Source of the DNA: a virus
Lineage: Duplodnaviria > Caudoviricetes
IMG/VR virus record: IMGVR_UViG_3300033416_000009
Location: 1-48,879 of that record
Strand: one strand, 5' to 3'
Length of the DNA stretch: 48,879 nucleotides
A model generated the notes under the pieces. It was not told the origin of the DNA. It ran no database searches and was given only the letters and a program-made list of their open reading frames with translations. The translations under genes and the position numbers were made by a program. Position 1 is the first letter of the stretch. Every line of letters begins with the position of its first letter. Below, one piece after another: positions 9,135 through 17,463 of the stretch.

Positions 9135-10274
9135 ATGAAATCCAGGTTTAAATCCGACGGCGACATCCAGCTCTGGGTCGTCAGCCGCAAGGATTGGGCC
9201 GTGCCGATATTCGCCGAGCCGCTCCTATTCGATGACGGTCGGAAACGGTGGCGCTGCCGGCCCGCGGTGAACCTCCTGTCCGCAACCTGGGAGAAGTTCA
9301 ACCCGGTCATGAAGGATGCGTCCGAGCGGATTCACGAAGGATGGTACTACATCGACTACGACTCGCTTCCGTTGGTGGCGCTCAAAGCCGACGGTGTCAC
9401 CCCGGAATATTACCATCGCCCGATTGGCCAGCTGGAGCCGGACCGCGAAAGCCCGGGGGAAGTCGACGGGGATTACCTGAGCGATTCCGAGCGGCTTTTG
9501 CGCAGCGTTTTCCGGGACACCCAACTGACTACCTGGACGAACATGAAATTGATCTGGCGCGTTCTGTGCAATCAGGTCGCCCGGCGTTTGGCTGAAGAAA
9601 ACCGGATTGTGGATCTTGGATTCATCCGGCTCGTCCCGCTTCCATACCGGCCGAACTGGAAAAGCATCATGCTGAGCGCGTTCCCCAGGGCGGCTTACGG
9701 GTTCAGGAAATTCAGGATATCCAGCCGGCTCAGGGATTACCTGCTCGGCATCGGGTTCCTGCACAACCTCATCAACAGCATCCTGCTTTCCGTGGATCGG
9801 AAGAAACATACCATCCGATGGATTGTCGAGGCGATCCCTTCCCCGGAGCTGAATTCGGCTTTCGACCAGGTTGAGCTGAGGCGAATGAACAAACTGGAAA
9901 AGCCAGGATATGCCGAACATGTCAGGAAATCGATCGTTGGCAGGCGCAAGGAAGCCCTGGAGGCGATTCGTTATTGGATCGATCAGACGTCTGAACCTTG
10001 TGGGGCGGTTGATGATGGCGGGGCTTTGGGAGGCAAAATACTCCTGCCATGGGTGCCGGAAGGTCATGTGCTGCCTGCGGCTCCCGCTGATGGGGACACG
10101 CCCGTTGTGGTATGCGCTGACGATGATCAGATCCGCGGACAGATCACTGAGGGATCGCGCCGCGCAAAGACTGAGACAGTGCCGGAGATGCCCTCTCTTC
10201 CACCGCCCGCTCCTCAGTTGTGGCTGGGCAGGCGGCCCGAAGATATGGCACAATCCTCGGACAAAAACGGTTGA
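9135..10274 (+). CDS. Hypothetical protein, possibly with an HU/IHF-like central segment
   Basis: Long ORF with typical codon usage. RRLAEENRIVDLGFIRLVPLPYR and IVEAIPSPEL weakly recall HU/IHF. The low-complexity C-terminus overlaps the next gene. Confidence 0.6.
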   Translation: MKSRFKSDGDIQLWVVSRKDWAVPIFAEPLLFDDGRKRWRCRPAVNLLSATWEKFNPVMKDASERIHEGWYYIDYDSLPLVALKADGVTPEYYHRPIGQLEPDRESPGEVDGDYLSDSERLLRSVFRDTQLTTWTNMKLIWRVLCNQVARRLAEENRIVDLGFIRLVPLPYRPNWKSIMLSAFPRAAYGFRKFRISSRLRDYLLGIGFLHNLINSILLSVDRKKHTIRWIVEAIPSPELNSAFDQVELRRMNKLEKPGYAEHVRKSIVGRRKEALEAIRYWIDQTSEPCGAVDDGGALGGKILLPWVPEGHVLPAAPADGDTPVVVCADDDQIRGQITEGSRRAKTETVPEMPSLPPPAPQLWLGRRPEDMAQSSDKNG

Positions 10275-10398
10275 AGCCGCCGGATGCTTCTGCCTCATGG
10301 ACCTGAAGGCATTCATTCCGGACGCCAGTTGTTGGCTTTATGAAAACACAGACGGAGAAATGGGATGGCCGGAACATCTTAACGGGCCAGCAGTTTGA
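9910..10398 (+). CDS. Cys-rich zinc-binding protein (DUF6171-like pattern) overlapping both neighbours; start uncertain
   Basis: RLRQCRRCPLF...SCG...GCFCLMDLKA....CW matches a recurrent phage pattern RLxxCxxCP...C...CxCxMxxKA...CxW. Confidence 0.6.
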   Translation: MPNMSGNRSLAGARKPWRRFVIGSIRRLNLVGRLMMAGLWEAKYSCHGCRKVMCCLRLPLMGTRPLWYALTMIRSADRSLRDRAAQRLRQCRRCPLFHRPLLSCGWAGGPKIWHNPRTKTVEAAGCFCLMDLKAFIPDASCWLYENTDGEMGWPEHLNGPAV

Positions 10399-10654
10399 AG
10401 CTTTCCAATCCGTGTTCGGCGTCGTGATCAATGGGTATGCCATGGCCGTGGAGCGCGCCCTCGTCGAGCGGATCGAGGAAATCGAGGGCCGGGTTGTCAC
10501 GAACGAGGAAGTCAAGGTCCACGGCCAATGCTGCGTTTACCCGAACAGGAATGTCTGGCACTGGCGCGGCAAAAAGATACTGGAAACGCGCCATCCGCAG
10601 GTCACAACTCGAAAGTTCGGGTTCACCATTAAGAAATTCTATCCGGAACCATGA
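10340..10654 (+). CDS. Hypothetical protein
   Basis: Fills the gap in the operon; its stop overlaps the next start (ATGA, 10651-10654). Confidence 0.6.
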   Translation: MKTQTEKWDGRNILTGQQFEAFQSVFGVVINGYAMAVERALVERIEEIEGRVVTNEEVKVHGQCCVYPNRNVWHWRGKKILETRHPQVTTRKFGFTIKKFYPEP

Positions 10655-11160
10655 ATGACATCGCCCTGCTGACGCCTGGATCCGGGAACATTGACACCGC
10701 CGTTGATGTGACCCCGGACTACAAACAGCCCGAGTCGCTCCCGGAAATCACCGAGGCTGAGGCCATGGAGGCCGTCCGGGAAGCCGGGATGAGCATCGTG
10801 AACTTCCATCGGGTCAGGAAATTCGCCATCCTGGGCAGATACCTGAGGCAATGCGGCCTGCTGGATGTCGCCCGCGGCAAGATGGCGTCCCGGCTGGAAG
10901 CCCTGGAACGCGCGCGCGATGTCATGCTCAAGATAACCGAGGGCGATGTTCCTGTGTTGGACAAGAACGGCGTTGAAATGGACGGCACCAGCGCCAGGAT
11001 CGCGGCTGCCCAGGCCCTGAACCTGATCGCCCGGACGGAAAACGACTCCGTGGAGCTGAACTTGAAAATGGAACGGATGCTGGCCGCCCCGCCCAAGCCC
11101 AGCCATTCCAACAAAGCGCCCCCGCCGGGATTCAATGTGGCCATCCAGGTCAACAAATGA
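10651..11160 (+). CDS. Putative terminase small subunit
   Basis: 169 aa, predicted helical, beta-strand-like C-terminus FNVAIQVNK, adjacent to TerL. Assignment is by position and shape only. Confidence 0.45.
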   Translation: MNDIALLTPGSGNIDTAVDVTPDYKQPESLPEITEAEAMEAVREAGMSIVNFHRVRKFAILGRYLRQCGLLDVARGKMASRLEALERARDVMLKITEGDVPVLDKNGVEMDGTSARIAAAQALNLIARTENDSVELNLKMERMLAAPPKPSHSNKAPPPGFNVAIQVNK

Positions 11161-12639
11161 TCACGCCATGACCACAACCGGTTTCCTGGCCTTACCCGTC
11201 TTGATCGGGTTCTCCAGGAAATCGCGCGGGCTCTCAGCCAGGATCGGGTAAGTCATGGCGTCGAAGATGTGCTTGAACCTGGACGATCGGTCGACAAAGT
11301 TCGCCATGGTGTTCCCTTTCCGCAATCCTTTGAACATGGCCACTGTCTGCTCGCACAAGATCGACACCACCAGCCGGTCTTCGTAAAGCAGTTTCCTGGT
11401 CATGTTGATCCTGTCCCGGATGCTGTCCTTCCATTTGGGCGCAGCCACGAGCATGATCCTGCCCCGGCTGGAGACGTTGATCTGCATGTAATCGTAGATC
11501 TCTGCCGCCGGCCGGTACTGGTCGAACGAACTCTTGTCGCTCCAGTGCCGCCATTTGATGTCCTTGCCGATCTGGGCCTCCCAATAATCCATCTTTTCCA
11601 TGGCCATGTCGGTCAGATCGCTCAGGCTTATCTTTTGTTCCAGGATGACAATCTCATCCAGGACCTTGTAGATTAGCCTTCCCTTGCTCATGACCGGCTC
11701 GATGAACGATATGGCGTGGTTGATCGATCCGATGTCCCAGCCCGTGATCAGCTCGATGCAGTTCTCTTCCGGCAACAGAATGTCCCACTCTTCCTGCCTG
11801 GGCCCAGTCGCTTCCCCGATCACATGCAGGTCGCTGCGGAACACATCCGCGAAATGCGAGTTGGCCGATGACGATGTCCATTTGCCCTCGATATAGCGCG
11901 AGTACATGTCCGGGTCATGCCTGAATGTTGCCGTGAGAATGCTCCGCTCCTGCTCGCTCAAGAACGGGTTTTCCGGGATCATGACTTCGATCAGGCCAAG
12001 CTCATCCCGGAACTTCGGGTCGGCGTGATCGTCGTCCGCGCGCTCGCCGTACCACAGCTTGTAAATCCAGCTCAAATCCCCCTCGTCCGCCGGGTTGGTG
12101 TCACCCATCCATTGGTGGGCGGTGTAGGGCAGATGCACGCACCGGAGCTGGTCAATGGAGATGTCGAAAACCTTGCGCGACCTGAAATTGCTCAGCTCAT
12201 TGAACCAGATCATGCTGTAGCGTTTTCCCCTGATCACGGTCTCGATGTCGTCGTCGTAGTCCAGTGAGTTCAGCACGATCCGAGACACGGTCCCGTGCAC
12301 GTTGCTGACTTCGAAGTAGGTTTGCCTGGTCCGGCCGTCAACCTTCGGAGGGGTAACAATCGTCATCCCCATATCGGCCGGGATCCATTCCTGCATCAGG
12401 CTGTCCGTTAAATCGGTCCAGCAGCCGCCATCCACGGCCAGCTTGACGGTTTTGGCGAACACGCCCACCCTCGCCCGGTCGGTTTCCCAGGCGTGCCGGA
12501 GGACCTTGTCGGCGCACCCCAGGGTTTTCCCGGACTTTTTCGGGCCTGAAATCAGCAGGAACCGGTGGTAATCGTTGAAGATCTGCAGTTGCTTGACGCT
12601 GCTAATCGGAACCCAATAGCCTTCTGGACTGGTAGGCAT
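11161..12639 (-). CDS. terL: Terminase large subunit
   Basis: Walker A SGPKKSGKT; Walker B variant MIWFNE; motif III DTNP; ENPFL; RuvC-like nuclease motifs ITGWDIG and KHIFDAMTY. Confidence 0.92.
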   Translation of the reverse strand: MPTSPEGYWVPISSVKQLQIFNDYHRFLLISGPKKSGKTLGCADKVLRHAWETDRARVGVFAKTVKLAVDGGCWTDLTDSLMQEWIPADMGMTIVTPPKVDGRTRQTYFEVSNVHGTVSRIVLNSLDYDDDIETVIRGKRYSMIWFNELSNFRSRKVFDISIDQLRCVHLPYTAHQWMGDTNPADEGDLSWIYKLWYGERADDDHADPKFRDELGLIEVMIPENPFLSEQERSILTATFRHDPDMYSRYIEGKWTSSSANSHFADVFRSDLHVIGEATGPRQEEWDILLPEENCIELITGWDIGSINHAISFIEPVMSKGRLIYKVLDEIVILEQKISLSDLTDMAMEKMDYWEAQIGKDIKWRHWSDKSSFDQYRPAAEIYDYMQINVSSRGRIMLVAAPKWKDSIRDRINMTRKLLYEDRLVVSILCEQTVAMFKGLRKGNTMANFVDRSSRFKHIFDAMTYPILAESPRDFLENPIKTGKARKPVVVMA

Positions 12640-12679
12640 TTGGCTTGATCTTAGTTTTCATTCAGCCCAATGTAAAGTC
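12640..12679. promoter_or_regulatory. Overlapping divergent promoter pair in a 40-bp gap
   Basis: Minus strand: TTTACA(12676-12671)-N17-TAAGAT(12653-12648)-N8-ATG of terL. Plus strand: TTGATC(12645-12650)-N17-CAATGT(12668-12673)-N6-ATG(12680). Confidence 0.55.
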
Positions 12680-12982
12680 ATGGCAAGCAAGCTTATGCTG
12701 GACACTGCCGATCCTGATGCTGCTGATGTCGTTGGTGGCTGGAAAGAGGGCGGCAAATATCAAATCACGCTGAATGTAACCATGGGTCCAACCTCGGGGT
12801 CCATGACCGAATTCACCGTTGACGGCATCTCGGATTATGGGGAGGGCGGGATGGAGGAGGAATCCGAAGTTGAAATGGAGGGCGAAGAAACGGAGAGTGC
12901 GCCCCCAAAATCCAAGGCCGGGAACGGGAACCCGGCGCTGATGATCCTGGTTGGGCGCAGTCGAGGCAAAGCGGGCGGGTAA
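12680..12982 (+). CDS. Acidic hypothetical protein, first gene of the head operon
   Basis: 100 aa with a Glu-rich middle and basic C-terminus; promoter-like elements directly upstream. Confidence 0.7.
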   Translation: MASKLMLDTADPDAADVVGGWKEGGKYQITLNVTMGPTSGSMTEFTVDGISDYGEGGMEEESEVEMEGEETESAPPKSKAGNGNPALMILVGRSRGKAGG

Positions 12983-13020
12983 CCCGCAGACCGTCGCGCA
13001 GGATTCGCCATTCCCTGACC

Positions 13021-13275
13021 ATGAACCCGGATGGAACTTATAGGCTGCGCCTGGACTGCGACAACTTGAGGCTTAGATCGTCGGCCACCGGCAAGACCAT
13101 GACGATCCTGGATCATTCCATGAGTTCCGGAAAAAGCATTGATTGCCGCGGGATAATGGTCCACCCAAAAATAGAAGTGTCAGTCAAGGCGACGCTAACC
13201 AGGCAACAGGAATACAGCCTCGCGCAAAAACTGGCTTACGAGAAAGCGCGCAAGAACTGTTTCATTCTGATCTGA
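13021..13275 (+). CDS. Hypothetical protein
   Basis: Fills the gap and ends 3 nt before the portal start. Confidence 0.55.
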   Translation: MNPDGTYRLRLDCDNLRLRSSATGKTMTILDHSMSSGKSIDCRGIMVHPKIEVSVKATLTRQQEYSLAQKLAYEKARKNCFILI

Positions 13276-13278
13276 TCT

Positions 13279-15672
13279 ATGTCCCACCCAAAGATATTCG
13301 AGTCGCACGGGCTGAGCCATGACAAGCTCAAAGCCTACTGGACAGGCACTGGAAAGAACGAAAAGCGCGAGCGGCTGCGCGATCTTATCCGGGACAGGAT
13401 CAAGGACGGCATGTGGGCTGGGCTCAAGGATCACGCCATCTGGTATGCCGTCGACCTGGCTTACGACGCGCCGTTCAACCAGCTGTCGCCGACCATCGTC
13501 CAGAACATTCTCAGCCGCAAACATGAAACGTCCGAGATCATCGACGCGCTTAAACGCTGGAATGTCGGGTTCAACGAGATCCTGACTGAAACGGTCGACT
13601 CCAGCGGCTGCACCCGACAGGTCCTGGATATCCCGGCCTTCTTCCAGGTGATTGTTCCGCTGGTTAAAGCCTACGTCACCATTCGCCGGGCCAAGCTGTT
13701 CAACGATCGCAACCTGGTTCCGCTGTTCAAGTTCGAGCCGGCCCACTCGACTCCGGAAGGGCGGGTCATCGGCAGCATCCTGACGGACATCATCCGGGTC
13801 ACGACCCAGCAGTTCGGTTACCCGGCAATACTCAAGCAGGCCATACTGCAGATGCTCAATTACGGCACATGCCTGATGCTGCCCATGGAGGAATGGTACC
13901 GTGAAAAACAGATCGTGATGGCCGAGGAAGGGAAGCCGGAGGAGCAGGTGATCAAGGAGGGGCTCCGCTACCACATGCCGCACCCGACCAGATGCTACAT
14001 CGACCCGAACCATGCGCCGTCCTCGATCAACACCGATACCGGCTGCGAGTACATCGGTTACTGGAGGCTGCAGAGATACGCCACCATCGACGATGACCCG
14101 GCATACTGGAACAAGGATCAAATCACCTACGGCGCTACGGATTGGATGAGGAATTACCCGACGTATTTCAGCGAAGTTTACCCGTGCCACATGATTGTCC
14201 CAAGCGGATCTTCCCTGAACACGATGCAGTCCGACCGGCAGGAGCAGGTCCTGAAGTATTCCAGCAACAACCGCGATCAGGGCGTGTTTGTCAATGAGCT
14301 GTTCATGAGGCTCGTCCCGGAAGATTGGGGTATGGGGGATTACGCGCACTCGACATGGTTCAGATTCGTCGTTGCCTCGGACGACTGGGTGATCTACTGC
14401 GCGCCGCTCTGCTACTGCCCAGGGATCTACCTTGGCTATGATCCGGATGATTCCAGGTGCAGGAATTCGTCCATGGCACTGGAAACTGTCTGGGCGCAGG
14501 ATCACATGGGCAATCTCCTGTCTCAATTCCTGTTCTCAGTGAAGCAGAACCTGTCCAAAGTCGTGTTCTATGACACCGACCAGGTCGACGCAGAGCAGGT
14601 CAAGCAAGTGGAGAATCTCGGCAAGAAGAAATACCAGGGCGTCCCGTTCATCCCTTACTCGTCCCGGGCTGCCAGGGTGGCCGGCGTTGATCCGTCTAGG
14701 TCATTCACGCCCGTCAATTTCCCGGTCCTCGACACGGCCAGCATCGCCCAGGCCATGAACACGATCATCTCCATCCTGGAACGAGTGCTGGTCTTGTCCG
14801 CTCAGGAGATTGGCCAGGCCGCAACTCACGAACAGACCGCGGAAGAGACCAGAGTGATCAGCGTCAACACTTCCACGCGCGTCGCATTCACCGGGACGGC
14901 CCTGGACGACGGCATCGACGCCTGGAAACGGCAGCTGTACCTGGCGCACAAGGCGTATCTTCCGGAAGAAGTCACTGGGCAGGTGTCCATGGACATCCCG
15001 GGTGCGGTTGAGGCCCTCAAAAAGCTTGGATTCGATGTTCCGGAGAAGAAAACCGAGGCGCAAGGCGATGATCTGACCAATGTTCGGGCGGTAGTGAAGG
15101 CGAAAGTCGGCAAACTGAACCTGGACGACATCATCTCCACCCGGGAAGGGTCCGAGCGGATCAACAACACAGCCGTTGCGGCCGCCATGAGCCAGCTTTT
15201 ACAGGTCGCGTTGGCCAATCCGATGACCGCGCAAGCCATTGGCCCTGAACAAGCCCTGGATATGATCACCAAAATCTCCCAGATTGCCGGGTTGCCCAAG
15301 GATTTTGAGCTGAAAGTGTCCAAGAACGCCGCTCCGGAGGTTCAGATGGAGCAGATCGCCGGGCAATTCAAGCAAATGGCCGATCAGATTCAGCAGCAGC
15401 TGCAGGAAATGGGCAAGCAAGCGGTTGAAACGTCCGTGAAACTCAGCGCGGAACAGATCGGCAAGCCGCTGGCCGACCAACTCCAGCAAACTAACGCTCA
15501 AGTGGCCCAAAATACCCAGCAGATCCAGGAAATAGGGGATGCAACCAAGGCCATAATCTCACAGATCCAGCAATTATCGCAACTGGCCGTTCCACCCCCA
15601 GAACCGACCCCGCTGCCAGCCGCTCCAATGCCGTATGATACAGGTCAACCGCCTCCAGCTCCCTCCTACTGA
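13279..15672 (+). CDS. Portal protein (podovirus type, long Gln-rich C-terminal coiled coil)
   Basis: 797 aa; lies between the terminase and scaffold/capsid genes; TAEET motif region; P22-like coiled-coil barrel at the C-terminus. Confidence 0.75.
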   Translation: MSHPKIFESHGLSHDKLKAYWTGTGKNEKRERLRDLIRDRIKDGMWAGLKDHAIWYAVDLAYDAPFNQLSPTIVQNILSRKHETSEIIDALKRWNVGFNEILTETVDSSGCTRQVLDIPAFFQVIVPLVKAYVTIRRAKLFNDRNLVPLFKFEPAHSTPEGRVIGSILTDIIRVTTQQFGYPAILKQAILQMLNYGTCLMLPMEEWYREKQIVMAEEGKPEEQVIKEGLRYHMPHPTRCYIDPNHAPSSINTDTGCEYIGYWRLQRYATIDDDPAYWNKDQITYGATDWMRNYPTYFSEVYPCHMIVPSGSSLNTMQSDRQEQVLKYSSNNRDQGVFVNELFMRLVPEDWGMGDYAHSTWFRFVVASDDWVIYCAPLCYCPGIYLGYDPDDSRCRNSSMALETVWAQDHMGNLLSQFLFSVKQNLSKVVFYDTDQVDAEQVKQVENLGKKKYQGVPFIPYSSRAARVAGVDPSRSFTPVNFPVLDTASIAQAMNTIISILERVLVLSAQEIGQAATHEQTAEETRVISVNTSTRVAFTGTALDDGIDAWKRQLYLAHKAYLPEEVTGQVSMDIPGAVEALKKLGFDVPEKKTEAQGDDLTNVRAVVKAKVGKLNLDDIISTREGSERINNTAVAAAMSQLLQVALANPMTAQAIGPEQALDMITKISQIAGLPKDFELKVSKNAAPEVQMEQIAGQFKQMADQIQQQLQEMGKQAVETSVKLSAEQIGKPLADQLQQTNAQVAQNTQQIQEIGDATKAIISQIQQLSQLAVPPPEPTPLPAAPMPYDTGQPPPAPSY

Positions 15673-15934
15673 CGCCGCGACATTGACCAAGTGGCTTCAC
15701 GCCAAGGAATGCCAGGAAATCAGGCGCATCATCCTGTCTGAGATCGCTGCGCTGCAGGCCAGAGCCATCAATGCCAGGGTTGACTCCACGGAAAAGCCTA
15801 ACATGGAAGCCGATTACGAGTTATCCATGAAAAGGCTGTCCGTTTTGATGAACTTCATTGCCGTCCTGGAAGAGCTATTAAAAAATGGTGGCGTTTTTCA
15901 TTCTTACGATGTAAATGTCGGGTATGGCATCTGA
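15635..15934 (+). CDS. Small helical protein between portal and scaffold (Bbp19-like position)
   Basis: 99 aa; overlaps both neighbours; occupies the usual podovirus position. Confidence 0.6.
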   Translation: MIQVNRLQLPPTDAATLTKWLHAKECQEIRRIILSEIAALQARAINARVDSTEKPNMEADYELSMKRLSVLMNFIAVLEELLKNGGVFHSYDVNVGYGI

Positions 15935-17429
15935 TCCGACGGTTGACATCACCCAGCTGAGCAAACCTATTCCGATGGAGCAGCTAAGGTCCGGAGCGCC
16001 GGAACCCGAGCCTGCCAAAACTGGCGCAGAAACCGGAAAGCCGGAACCAAAGCCGCAGGAATCTCCGTTAAAAAAGATCGCGGAAGGGCTGCGCACCAAT
16101 CTCAAGGACATGCTCAAGGGCAAAACCATCGAGCCCAAGAAAGAGCCCGAACCCGAGAAGCCGGGGAAGCCAGAAAAGACTCCCGAGGAAGCCAAGCCAG
16201 CCGCTGAGCCTGCAAAACCCAAAAAGTCCAAGGCAAGACCCGAGGATGCAGCCATCCGGGCAGCGACTGAGGCGGCATCTGCAGCGCGCGCCGCAACGGA
16301 ATTGCTCAAGACCGCTAAGCAGGCCGAAAAACCAGAGCCGGAACGCAAGGTTACGCAGCAAGAGTCTGCAATTGCGGAATTGCCCGATGAACGCAGGAAG
16401 ATGATACCCGTCCTGGAGCGGATGGAGAAGGGCGATCCTGGAAAATACAGGGACCTGACCCGGCGCTACATTGAGGGTGTCAAGAAGGCCGAGGCGTACG
16501 CTCAGGAATGGAAAAAGCAGAATCCGGGGGCTGACTTTGATCCTCAAGCCGAAGAGCACGACGCATTTTTCGAAAAGAACGAGGTTACCTGGGAAGACGA
16601 GGATTTCCAGGAGGCCAGGACAGAGATGCGGGTTGAGAAAGCCCTGGAAAAGCAGGAATCCAAGGTAAAACAGAAGCTGGACGAGATCGAGCGCAAGGAA
16701 ACAGCCGCCGAACTTCAACCGCAGATCCAACGCCGCAAATCGGATGAAGTCAGAAGCTTGGTCAAGGAATTCAACCCGGACCTGGCCGAAGCGATCGACG
16801 ACAATGCCAGGGTTGACACCGAGAAGTTCAAGGCCGCCAGGTCCAAGGCACCACTGGCCACCGACATTGTCATGGGCGAGGCTGCGCAGCTGGCCAGGTT
16901 CGTTGAGGAAACCAAGAAACTGTTCCACGAGTCCGGCCGGTTCGAGTTCGACGGGAAAAACCCAGTCCACGACGAGATTTATCGGTTCGCCGTCAGCCGG
17001 GAAGAGATGATGCTGAAGATGCCCGAGGAAGATCGCGTGGATGACAGCGGCAGGATGTTCGCCACCAGGCAGGAATACTCCAAGATGAGCCCGGAAGAGC
17101 GCTCGAAACATTGGCAGCTCACCGATGAATCGCTCATATTCCTGCGCAAAGCATTGAGTGTCGAGGCCGTGAAAGGTGCCATTGCGGAGTCAACCAGCCG
17201 CCTGACGGAGTATGCCGCGGCTCTGGGATTGGGACCGAAAAGTGCGGAAACGACGCAACCGAAATCTCAGCCGGAAAGCAAACCAGCCGCTCCTGACAAG
17301 CCGCAGCCCAGGGTTCCGTCGGCAGTCGCCCAAACCAAAACCGATACACTGGCTGAAAGCGCTCCGCTGGATGACAAAAGTCCGCGTTCTAACTTCAAGA
17401 AACTGTTTCGAGGCATGACTATTAAGTAA
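15915..17429 (+). CDS. Capsid scaffolding protein
   Basis: Disordered Glu/Lys/Pro-rich N-terminus, helical core, short amphipathic C-terminal helix (SNFKKLFRG); directly upstream of the major capsid gene. Confidence 0.65.
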   Translation: MSGMASDPTVDITQLSKPIPMEQLRSGAPEPEPAKTGAETGKPEPKPQESPLKKIAEGLRTNLKDMLKGKTIEPKKEPEPEKPGKPEKTPEEAKPAAEPAKPKKSKARPEDAAIRAATEAASAARAATELLKTAKQAEKPEPERKVTQQESAIAELPDERRKMIPVLERMEKGDPGKYRDLTRRYIEGVKKAEAYAQEWKKQNPGADFDPQAEEHDAFFEKNEVTWEDEDFQEARTEMRVEKALEKQESKVKQKLDEIERKETAAELQPQIQRRKSDEVRSLVKEFNPDLAEAIDDNARVDTEKFKAARSKAPLATDIVMGEAAQLARFVEETKKLFHESGRFEFDGKNPVHDEIYRFAVSREEMMLKMPEEDRVDDSGRMFATRQEYSKMSPEERSKHWQLTDESLIFLRKALSVEAVKGAIAESTSRLTEYAAALGLGPKSAETTQPKSQPESKPAAPDKPQPRVPSAVAQTKTDTLAESAPLDDKSPRSNFKKLFRGMTIK

Positions 17430-17463
17430 CGGCCCAATGCGGGCTTAACTTGATAGGACATAT

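Noticed and set aside
12975-12987. Hairpin GCGGG-TAA-CCCGC over a stop codon
   Set aside because: Only a 5-bp stem with no U-tract; too weak to call a terminator.
16070-16076. In-frame A_AAA_AAG slippery heptamer in the scaffold gene
   Set aside because: The -1 frame gives a featureless peptide that soon stops, and I see no stimulatory element.
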